Of a stretch of DNA of 64,000 nt, positions 14,201 through 25,020 are shown in pieces. The notes below the pieces were generated by a model, which was not told the DNA's origin, did no database searches, and saw nothing but the letters and a program-made list of their open reading frames with translations. The position numbers and the translations under genes are program-made. The DNA is from Epiperipatus broadwayi (taxonomy: Eukaryota > Animalia > Onychophora): assembly GCA_028023455.1 (NCBI GenBank), contig JAQFVV010000005.1, forward strand, positions 19,344,001 through 19,408,000. The letters run 5' to 3'. Every line of letters starts with the position of its first letter. Within the stretch, counting starts at the first letter, position 1.

Positions 14201-15109
14201 GATAAATCATAAGAGACCAACCCTTTTACACCTTTACAAGAAACTTTAAATCAGTTTTCAGCCAAAATAACTCAATTTTCCAATCGTTTCATTCTATGCA
14301 AATGGCCACCACTAATCAAGCAAAAGCTAACATAAGTAACCACTAAATACAAACCGTTAGATTTTATAATTGGAACCCTAATTAAGCATCAAAATTAGAA
14401 CTCATCTTGGATTAGAAGAACTCAATAGGATAAGTAAAGCAGAATCATACCTGAGGACCTAGTGGGACCATGAATCTAATCATTGTTTTTGCCTGAATTC
14501 TCGGTCTCAAGGGTAGAGATGATGGCCATGGAGGATTTGTTTCAGTGGGATCAATCAGCAATCATCACCACACCCAGGTCTAGAGAGATCTGGCAATGTT
14601 CTCGTGGCCCTCTCTGATTTGATTGGTGTTCTGGACATGCTGAACCTATGTCACACCCAGATTAATTATAACCCACTTACAGCAGGGGTCAAAGCAGCTT
14701 AACCTTGTCCAAGGAGTGGGTCTGGGTTCTCGCTAAACTGAGTTCTGTCTGATGGGTCTGGGGGAGCTGCTTGGAGACTTGCCAGGTGGGCTGAGAGCTG
14801 GTTGTCCCGCATGAACTCTCCTCAAATGGACGTAGCATCCCCTTGATTGACTAACATTTGATCTGTGATAATTCATATCCTTTTTTTCTCTTTTTGTCTT
14901 TTTTCTTGATGTTTGTACTTGAAATGCATTCTTTATATACCTGTAATACCTAATCTACTGTATAAGGTGGCTCTGTTGCTTTGAGCCACCACCCAGTTTC
15001 AGAATATCAATGTAACATTGTAGCCTCTATGGGCCACTGCTGCAGGCAACAGAATGTGGTCCCTGCACAGGTGGATCATACTTTAGTGACTTAATAAAGT
15101 TGCTTTGAG
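11295..15109 (+). mobile_element. L1/Tx1-like retro-insertion carrying only ORF1, bounded by a 20-bp TSD
   Basis: Identical AAAAAGTTTTACAAACAATC at 11275-11294 and 15110-15129; TT|AAAA target context; gag-like ORF1 inside; AATAAA at 15093-15098; no APE or RT motifs found. Confidence 0.8.
11859..13851 (+). pseudogene. Frameshifted ORF1 (RRM-like region plus CCHC zinc knuckle) of the L1/Tx1-like element
   Basis: Overlapping track ORFs 11859-12353, 12469-12780, 12771-13205, 13127-13585 and 13585-13851. Contains LQKYLEAFGQVTSFEYLRDPLTNG..TNTA..., then CFTCKDRNHLSQDC (C-x2-C-x4-H-x4-C, 13128-13169) and a second broken knuckle. S/T/P/K-rich flanks; perfect in-frame 21-bp duplication at 12049-12090. 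Confidence 0.75.
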
Positions 15110-17319
15110 AAAAAGTTTTACAAACAATCACCTTTTAAATAACGCAGTTCGAAAATTAGCTTTTTTTTTTTCAAAAAAAAAAAGACCGATTTTTAGTAGT
15201 GTTGAAAGAAAGAAAAATTGCCATAAAAAAAAAGTCGTAAAAATTATTATTTTAAAAAAACAATCCATTTTTAGAGAAAATAATTTTAAAAAAAGATCGA
15301 TTTTTTAAAAGAAAATAATTTAAAAATACATCGATTTATCAGAAAGTGAAAGTAACATTATTATTGGTCAGAGTAGATTTAAATAGCTGTGCCTTCTACA
15401 TTATTAACACCTTCACATTATATGTTATCCTTCTATTAAGCACATGCATAGACACGCCAAGTGAATATCAATATTCTTTGTTGTTGCTGTTAGCCGACGT
15501 CATATGCTAAATGTGCTTACACATGGCAACAGTGCCATCAATCGGGCATCCAATATTCTTGGTAGTTGTTGATAGCAGAAGACGTAAGCTAAATTTGCTT
15601 ATGCATGGCAATCAGAGCTGCCTGGGTTGTTTGTTGCTGACAGCAGATGATGTGAGGTTAATGTACTTATGCATTGCGACCAGCACCATCCAGTGGCTGG
15701 AATGAGAAATGCTGCTTTTGGCGCTGTAACCTGAATGCTTCTGTGTGTTGACACAGAAACAGCATGTCTTGCAGCCGCATTACACGGTCAAAACAACTAC
15801 CAATTTAAAAAAATATTACTGGGGGGAAGAAACACATATTGATTCTGCAGTCACCATATTTTTTCTTTTCTTTTTTTCTAACTGTTATTTATCTATTTTC
15901 ACTCTTAGCACCTCTTACTCCCTAGGATGCCATGAAAAGAGAAATGCCAGAACGTTTGAACATTTTATAAGATTACTCCCTCCAGTATCTGAGGTTTTAC
16001 AAATAAACAAGACTAAAGAAAAAAAATGAAATTTAATAATTTAAACCAGTAAATTTTGCATGATTAATTTTTAAAACTTATAAAGCCAAAACTAGTGCAT
16101 ATATAAGTATTTTAAGTTACAGTTCATAAATATATTTTATATTCAAAATGTTAATAAATTATAAGGTTTCTATCAGCAGTATCTGGAGGATTATTCACGT
16201 TTGAATTACAGGTAGTTTATGTTGACAGATGCTGTAAGTTGACAGCCGTACAAATGATTTCGTTCCATCATAGCCATGAATTCTGGATACAGCAGTTAAG
16301 TGGGTTAACTGGAACACTGGACAGCTTCAGTCATCCTGCAGAATCTAACCTTGTGATACCATTCTTCTCTGATGACTATGGAGAAGCCAACACCAAACTA
16401 CTCACTCATTCTGGTACATAGTACAAATATATAACTATTAAACATCACATGATCACTTATCTCATAATTCTGGCATCCATTGATTACTCTGATTGGCACT
16501 ACTGTATGGAGAGAGTTTTGCCTTGTTTTATATAACTATATGACAAATTGTGTGGAACTTTAATTAACAATATTAATGATAGAAAATAACATATATCCTA
16601 ACAATATACTCTTCCAAGTTTATGTATCTCGTAAAAAGCCTTGGGGAACTTTTAAATTCCACGGGATGATTTTAATTGATTTACATATTTTTCTTTCCTT
16701 AAGTGCTCTTCTATTAGTGTTTTATTTCATGACTACTTAGACTTTTTGTTATGTCCATTTCCTGAGTTGTTTTATTTTACTTTCAACACCTTGATGCATC
16801 TACCTTAAAAGTGTTGAACTGTAACTACATAAGTAATCTTTTCTACAGATACTAAAATAAGGCACCAATTCTTACATCCTTTAATGGCTCATATTCCATT
16901 ACCCAATATTTTCTCTATTGTTTATCTATTTTATATAATTGTTTTGCTTAGCTTTTTTATATTTTACTTTCTCTTCCTAGTTTTATAGCAAGTTATTTAG
17001 ACTACACACACATCGATTACTTATGTGTGTGAGTTCATGGAAACTATTGAATTTAATGAAAATAAACAGGAATTCAAGAAAAATGAAGCAAGCATATATG
17101 CACCACTTCAATATATATACACACACAGATGTATATTGAATTCATTTTCTTAAGGTCCTAAATTACTAATTTAACTCTATCCTTGGGTTCTTTGACTCTA
17201 TTATAACTGCATAATTTATGTTTTAAACCCTTGCCTGTTCCATGTGTCACAGAAATGAAACATCATTTCAGTATATGTTACATAAGCTATAAAGTAGTTT
17301 TGTTGACTCCAAAATTTTT

Positions 17320-18110
17320 TAATAGATATTGTGCTAAAGCAACTATGCATATTATGTCTGCCCCAAATCAGCATGTTGTTTCCAATTTTCCTACTAGTTA
17401 ATACACTAGCATTATGAGCGATAATCTACCACTGCATTCCTAGTAGAAAGCTTTGCTGATTCCAAGAAGTTTTCCCAGCAGTGAAACAATAATAACAAAG
17501 CAGCATATATACATAATGATCACATATTCCACATTAAGATACAGCCCTCTATATGTATTCCACTATTCCCAAACCATAATTTCTTTCCAGCAAACTTATC
17601 TTTCTATGTAGTCTTAAAATCTCAAAATCCATTCAGAACTTGAATTGTCCATATTTGGTCATTTCTTCTGGCAATTTATTCTGCTTGGCTTCATTTCAGC
17701 TTTTAATTCTCACAATAATGTCATGCTTGTCTTTCAGTCATTTATAATTTCCAGTTTTTCATTTTGTTGATCGTAATTCACACATGTATATATTTTTCTA
17801 TGTTGTCTGCAGCATTGATATTAGTTTTATGTTGTCAAAGTCTTAGATTTATAAGAAAACAATGGAGAGACACACAACTATACTTCCTTTCATATTAGGT
17901 TATTAGCATTGAGTGCATTTCTTTTTCTGTTATTTCACCCATCATAATTCTATCCACTTTCAATAATTTGATCAAAGTATTTGTAAATGTTACCTCTAAT
18001 TCTTTATTATTTATCTTTATATTCAATTATTTTTATTTGATAATTGTTATATTTTTGCAACTTAGAATTATTAAAAAAATAATTGTAGTAACTAAAAAAA
18101 TACAGATGTC
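17320..18110 (-). mobile_element. RTE-type LINE 3' fragment, copy 3
   Basis: Homologous to 1008-1790 and 3540-4395 (gctttgctgattccaa..., ttttaattctcac..., ataatttga.caag). Confidence 0.65.
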
Positions 18111-18545
18111 TTATGATTAGAATATTTTCCCTTTTTTCAGATATTAGTAGTTTAACCAGCGAGAGCTAGCATGAAAATTGAACTAGTGGTGTTTGTATTC
18201 ATGAAGTAGGTCATTCAGCTCTCAGAGATTTAATATCCTTGTCTATGAAGGTTCTTCAGATTGCTTTATTTCTTTCTCACTTTCCAGCAAAATTAATGGG
18301 TTTTCAAATATAACTTTTTCTTATTGCATTGCCAAATGTATACTATATAATACTAAATCATCCACGCACTTTACTACTGTTACACAATGCTTTATTTACA
18401 ATAAGAATGTGTTTATAACAATGGAGTGTTTTGGAACAGGGACCTTGTTTGTGGCATAATCTGCACACAATGGCCAGTCTTAGAATGTAGATGATGGATA
18501 TTGGAACTTATCAACACTACTCTTATCACCATTTGCACTTTTTTT

Positions 18546-18645
18546 GCATTGGTGGTCGAGAGGTCAGCGCGACTGCCTTACAAGCAGTTGCCCGGGTTGC
18601 GGGTTCGCGTCCTGGCTGATGCTACGACACTTGGAAAAAAAAAAA
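18546..18645 (+). pseudogene. tRNA-Gly(TCC)-derived pseudogene or short SINE with TAC anticodon and A-tail
   Basis: GCATTGG/CTGATGC acceptor stem, ACTGC-CTTACAA-GCAGT anticodon arm, A-box TGGTCGAGAGG, B-box-like GGTTCGCGTCC, ~5-nt duplication in the T arm, and an A11 tail at 18635-18645. Confidence 0.8.
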
Positions 18646-20399
18646 TTATCTAGTGATACTTCGGAACTGCCTCATTTATTTATATATATTGTATTGGCTC
18701 CCACCAGATAATACAAGAATAAACAGATCCCAGTAGAAATGAATGATTGAATCCAATTGTACTAGATGTTTGTATATGAAAATGTTTTTAAATCCATATC
18801 TCAAAATAATGTTGAGGTTCAAATATTTTGCTAACCTTATCTACATACATAAACAATCGAAGTCTTTCTAAATTGAAAGTTTTATACATTTATTTATGAA
18901 TAATGATTTAGTAATTATTTCTAAAAAAAAGCTTATATCTAACCAAACCAATTTTAAAGAAGCAACTGAGCTATTTGCTATAATAAAGCCCAAAGATGAT
19001 GTAATATGTTATGATTTTTTTATTCATTGTCTTTTTTTATATATTTTACTTCATTTTTCTGTATTTTTTCCATTTTATTTTTGTTCTTTTTAAATATATA
19101 TATTCCTATTATATTTGTTGTCAGTAGACCATTTTAAACAAATAGGTAGTGTTTTGTAATAAACAGCCTTCTGCAAAAAAGGCACTTTCAACAACCCCTC
19201 ATAGAGGAACACTGAAGGATAAGGTAGTACTGACCAGGCTTGCCAATTGTGATGTGATGAAAATATGAGCAATTCTCCATTTTTGTTTAGCCCTCTAGTT
19301 AAGATAGATCACTTATAGTCCAACTGCCTAAAACAAAATTCCTACATCTTTTGAAAAGGGAATTTCTGGATTTTAACCCCAGGTCATAATAATGTCCTAT
19401 ATCTGTACCACAAAGCCCTTCTAAATAATTATTAAGTGTATTTTTTTAAAGCTTGTTTGAGGCATCATGATTGATTTACGTCAACCCTGATATATATAGA
19501 TTCAAATATAATTTTTGATCTTCATTCAGTGTATGTATGTTTGAAGATATTGTTCATTAAAAGTTAAGCTCTTATAGTGCCATTATTGCTACTAAAAATT
19601 TTAAATATATTGTGGCAAATTTAAAACATTCAAATATATCATCTTGCACCATTATAATGGCAATAATAGTAATAATTGTTGAAGTTTTCTAACACAGAAA
19701 ATTTAAAATATAACATTCTAAACATTATAATTAAATGGGATTTCCACTAAATCTGGCAGTTTATGATTTCAGTTCCCTTGATGTTTCAATTCAGATGTGT
19801 CACGATAGTTTTCAAATTACCCTAACATAATTAAGTTAGTAAACAAGGTTAAATAAAATTATACTTAAAATTTAACCACTTTTTAAAAATTCAATGGCTA
19901 CAAAAATAAAATTAAAACTAATTAAGGACCTTGAACAGGTGACAATCTCATCTATTTATGCTTAGTCATGTGATCATCTACAAGACTTATGATTAACCAT
20001 TTAGCCCTACAACCACTTCCTGATTAGTTTGAATCCATGCCATATTTATAGCTAGGGAAAGTTGTCAAGTATATTCAATTTAAAATAAATCTTTGACTAG
20101 ACAATTTAAAAAAATGCTGATTACTAATAAAATAATTATTAAAATTACAGACACCAGAATAAAGTAAAAATATTGTACAATTAAAATTTACATTGCATCT
20201 TTAATAAAACAAATATTTACATTTATTATTGTTTAAATCTAGACAAGCCTCTCAGAATATACATTTTATAACTATCTTCAAGAACATTTAAAAATAATTT
20301 TAAATATATTTATCTCTAATGTTGTTAAAACTAAAATGAATTAAAATATAACTTTAATTTACATACCAGCAAACCAAAAGTTTGAACCTGGTTTCAATC

Positions 20400-21650
20400 T
20401 TAAAATTAATGCAAGCTTTTTTGAAACATTTTTAATGATTAAATCAGCATTAACTTAAAATATATTATTTATCATCTACATTACCAACTTTTTAAAGACT
20501 AAGCCTGTTAAACACTCATTTAAGTTTAAAACTATTGCTATAAGCTGTATAAAAATATTTTACAGCTGTACAACCTATAAAATACTGCTACATAATTTTT
20601 CTACATGAAAATTATGACACTACAAAGCGCTAATTCAAGCATATAATTTTTTTTAATGTCTTGGCACAATATTTGACTTATCATTTCCCTTCTGCCAAAG
20701 TTAAAGGTTATAAGATTGGTATGCCCCACAGATACATATCTCCATCAGAAATAAATTTTGATGACCAGTTTGAAAAAAGACTTTTTATTTCCCAATATCT
20801 AATATTAGGAAACTCATAATTTCATCATGTCCTTTATCTTCAATAATATTCAAAAGTTCAGGTTTTATTAAAAATCATAAAAGCATTACTTACAAATGTT
20901 ATACTTACTGATCAAATGAATTCTGCAAACATAGATGTGATCTTCTTACTATATATGCAAATATTGTGGCTCCTGTCTGAAACTTGATCTCACTGTCAGC
21001 AAGTGTTTAATGAAGTTACTTGTTTTTTTGGGGTGTTTTTCTGTAATTTTTTGGAAATGCTGTATTGGTATTCATAATTTTAAATTGAATATTCTATTTC
21101 TCAACTGTATAGCAAATAAAATAAAATATTTTACATATAATCCCATTTAACAAAAAAAAATGGGCATTACAGCTCGTGTTGCATAGGGTTTGATTATAAA
21201 AGAAAAGAACACACTTAGATCTTGTAAATTAATACTGTAATCAAAAAAACAATTTCCATTAACACCCAGAAAAAAAATTAATAACAAAAATTCAAATTCA
21301 GCTAATCAAACTTTTTTTTTAAAAAACGGATCTTTGTTCAGTTTGTTCTGAAAAAACATACTCGTCTAATTCAGAAGTCAAGTTTTTAACTTTCATTTTG
21401 TATTCAACATTTGGGAATTGTTTTATTCCTCGTTCTTTAGAAAATAATTTTGATAAAAAATGAGGACATGAAAATGCTTTGTGCTTTCATTGACAAACAT
21501 TAATCCATAATACTGCAATTTTTAACTGATGTTCTTATCATCCATAAGTTGTGCTTTGTTTATCATTTTAATTTTGCTCTTTACAAAAACTATTTTCATT
21601 CATGAAACTGATGAAAAAGCAGAATGTGGATTAGGATGGACTAATTTAAA
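20400..21650 (-). mobile_element. Heavily decayed hAT-like transposase
   Basis: Fragmentary frames (SNFIKHLL..R..F, PMQ.., LN..N...GK-like) reminiscent of Buster/Charlie transposases; many stops. Confidence 0.3.
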
Positions 21651-22079
21651 TTCGAAAAATATTCTGCGGCTTTTAATTACAAACTCCAAATACTAAATCA
21701 AGTGAGAGCAAAACAGATACAGCAGTTTCATTAAACAAAGATGAAAACATATTTTTTTATAGTACTTATGAAAAAACCCCATGCACATTATTAATTTGTT
21801 TAAATATTTCGTGTAAAAAGTGAACAGTAGATCAAAAGTTGTATAGCACATCTGAACTCATATAAAAAAACTGGCACAAAGTTGTCAATTATTGAATTCT
21901 GATATGTATTTAATCATCATATTTGTGTAATCTTGTAATTTTATTTGGAAACTAGTTTCTTCTCTCATTAATTCGTTTTCTAATAAACAAACAAATATTT
22001 TCACTTTCTCCAAGTCAGTCTCTCTTCCTCACATCACACCAAAAAACCTACTTATTTCGTCCATTCATATTAGTCACTA

Positions 22080-24420
22080 AATCTTCTCTTGGAATTCAAC
22101 TTTAGATTTCTACTGACATTCTGTTATATTTTCTAATAATTCCAACCCAGTTTCACTAGTCTCTTCTTTCAATATTAGCTTGTTGTCTTACCCAAGTATC
22201 TCTCTTCCTTTTACTTCCAATACAATTCTCTGTATTGGTCTTCCAATAAGTGTTGATGTAACAGATCCATAATAAAAGCCTTCCTTTTCAAACATATAAT
22301 GTCTTTTCACTCATTATTTCTATTAAAAACATTAAATTCCAAAACAATTCTATGATTTATCTCATTAATAATTAGACTATGATAGTTGGTAACTTCTAAT
22401 TCATGATTATCAATCTTTGTCTTCTAAAAAATTTACTGAACATTAATCTTTTGATATTGATCTTTAATTCTACCTTATTTACTTCTGATCACTGAAACTG
22501 TAACACCCACATAATCTAAGAAATGAGTTTAAATATCATTTATATTTACTCTCTTAGCTTTTCATTGTAATCCACAAATACTTCGTACAAACAACTGCAG
22601 TAAAATGTTTTGGAAATATGAGATTATTCTATCAATCAACGTTTAATGTGATTATGTAATTTAATTACTGCATTGATAAATCTTCAGAAAGTCAATACCT
22701 AGGTCTATATTATGTCGATACAAACTTTAATCCCTGTCAAAAGGCTTATTAAATCAAATGCCTTTAATTTACAAATACATAGGTCTATATCATGTTGATC
22801 CAAACTTTAATTCCTGTCAAAATGCTTATTAAATCAAATGTCTTTAATTTATAAATCCAAAGTACAAATGACACAACTTACATTCACCGGTCACTTAAAT
22901 AACTTGTTTCAATATTTGGATGTAATCTAGTATGCTAATGTCATTTTAAAATCCATCTTATTCTTTTGACTGACTATAATCAAAGATTGGTTGTAAATGG
23001 ATTGTAATAATTTTAATAAAAATTTTGTATTGAACTAATAAAAGACTGATAGGTTTGAAATTTCTAATATTTTCTTTACCATCTTTCTTAAATACCAACA
23101 TTGCTATTTCATTCTTCTATTCATTTGATATAGCTTTATCATTTGGTTATATAGTTTTAACAATTTTTCTATTCCTTCATCTGCTTCTTTTAAGGTATAT
23201 TTTCCTTCTTTATAGGTTTAATTGCATGCCTCTTGTATTCATAATGGGTACTTTGTTTTCTTGTTCTCTGTATAATTTCTTATAAAACTCTTCAATACAT
23301 TTCATGATATCGCTCTTTTTAATAATGGATCCATTTCTTTTTATTGGTGAATAATAATTTTTCTTCTAATACCAAAATGTTGTTTTATATATTTTAAATT
23401 TTTTATTACATTCTATAGCTTTCTTTATTATTATTAATTCTTTTTCATACCATGTTTCAGAAATCTAGATATTTAATTTTTTTTAATGAATTATTTTTAA
23501 ATTAAGTTCATATTCTTTTTCTTCATACATTATTTGCTTCAGTTGAAAATTTATGATGAGTTATTACTTTTTCATATCAGTTACTTTTGTTGCAGTTCTT
23601 AATAATATGTTATTTTCTTATTGATTTCAGTTAAATTTGAACCATTTTCAAAATCTTTCAACATTTTAAAGCAATTATTATGTTTAAATTCATTAAAGTG
23701 AGTATCAACTATTAATACTGACTTTTAAAATAGTTTTCATTTCTCTAGTTTTGCATTAACATGTATCATAGATCTCACTAATCAAATCACTTCCTCAGCT
23801 GAATTTAATAAGAACATTACAATTTTGAAATAAATATTTTTCTATTAATCAAAATATAATCCAATTCTCTGTACCTTCATTTGGATGGTTCCATATTCAT
23901 TTTTCTCAAAGAAACAATTCATAATATACAATTTTTCTTTTTCTGCAAATTCCACAAGTTTGTGCCATCCCTTCATTTCTATCATCATAACCAAATTTGC
24001 TGATAATACTTTCATCTTTTAATCATTTTCAGTCTCTCATGACAATTTTAAAATATTGATTAGTGTAATCGAAAACATTTTATACATCTGTATAAAAATC
24101 TCTATTTCATCATCATAAGAACTTGTTGGAATATAAACTTGAAATATGTGCATGTGGTATCTTCCATTAATTTAAATAACTAATTTTGCCACTTTGTCTG
24201 ATATAGCATCATGCTCCACAATTTTGTTCTTCCACTTTTTATTTATAATAAAACTCATTCCAATATTTGTGCCACTGTAAGAAAATACATTATACATCAA
24301 GTTATAAATATATATATTTTAAAAATAATAATCATATGCATACAATATAAAAATTCTTCACAAGCCAAGTTTTCTAGAAGTCATTTTAATAAAGTTGTAA
24401 ACAATGCCCTCTTGCGTTAA
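22080..24420 (-). mobile_element. Decayed RTE-type LINE (APE endonuclease to C-terminus, internally deleted)
   Basis: QVYIPTSSYDDEIEIF (~24100-24150), IVM.D, GKFGYDDRNEG and WNHPN.GTENWI match APE motifs (QVYAPT, GDFN, G.FG...RN, W.SPNG..KN.IDY). GKR.R-type C-terminus near 22200. Confidence 0.8.
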
Positions 24421-24853
24421 TCTACTAACTAGATGAAAAATAAACCTTCTTTTGTCCAGTCATCAATAATTTTTATTGTATGTATCTATGAAGATTATTA
24501 TTTCAGAAATATAATATTTTTATTATTATATATTTAATAATTATTAACTAAAACGTCTTTATTGTCAAAAATATTTATTTTCCTCGATCTCAAGAATAAA
24601 CAGTTTTTAAACAAATGTGAATAAAGATAAAGGAGACCATTTAGAGATGTTTATTGGTTATAGTGAAGAATTTGTTTGTGTACTCAGTGTATGCCAGTAA
24701 AAAGATAATTTTTTTGCTCCCCAAGCTGCCTACAGTGTCTTCTCTAAACCAACATATGTATTATGTTGCAGCATAGAATTTTAAAACACTAGCATGTCTG
24801 AATCACAATTTACAAAATGAAAAGTGGCAGTGTATTTCATATCTTAACTCACA

Positions 24854-25020
24854 ATGGAACATGTTAACATTAAATTTTGTTTAAATTGGCAAAACCGGTA
24901 CTGAAACATTAGAATTCAAACTGCGTATGGCGATGAAGCTATGAGCCACAAGAAAATTTTTAATGAGTTCGCAAGATTTCATTATTGCAAGGAAAGCATT
25001 AAAGACAATTTATAAAACAC
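24854..25020 (+). mobile_element. Mariner transposase N-terminal fragment
   Basis: MEHVNIKFC.(K)LGKTGTET...QTAYGDEAMSH...F.RF...KESI.D with frameshifts, the classic mariner HTH start. Confidence 0.8.

Noticed and set aside
15031-15075. HDV-like ribozyme at the 3' end of the ORF1-only element
   Set aside because: A pseudoknot is possible, but P3/L3, P4 and the J4/2 catalytic C are missing.
20909-21433. Exon-like segments 21361-21433 and 20909-20948 with good splice sites
   Set aside because: Joined in the only open phase they hit a stop after 11 codons, and both lie in what looks like a decayed hAT transposase frame.
22694-22857. 80-bp tandem duplication
   Set aside because: An ordinary local duplication inside a dead LINE RT region; two units only, no spacers, so not CRISPR-like.
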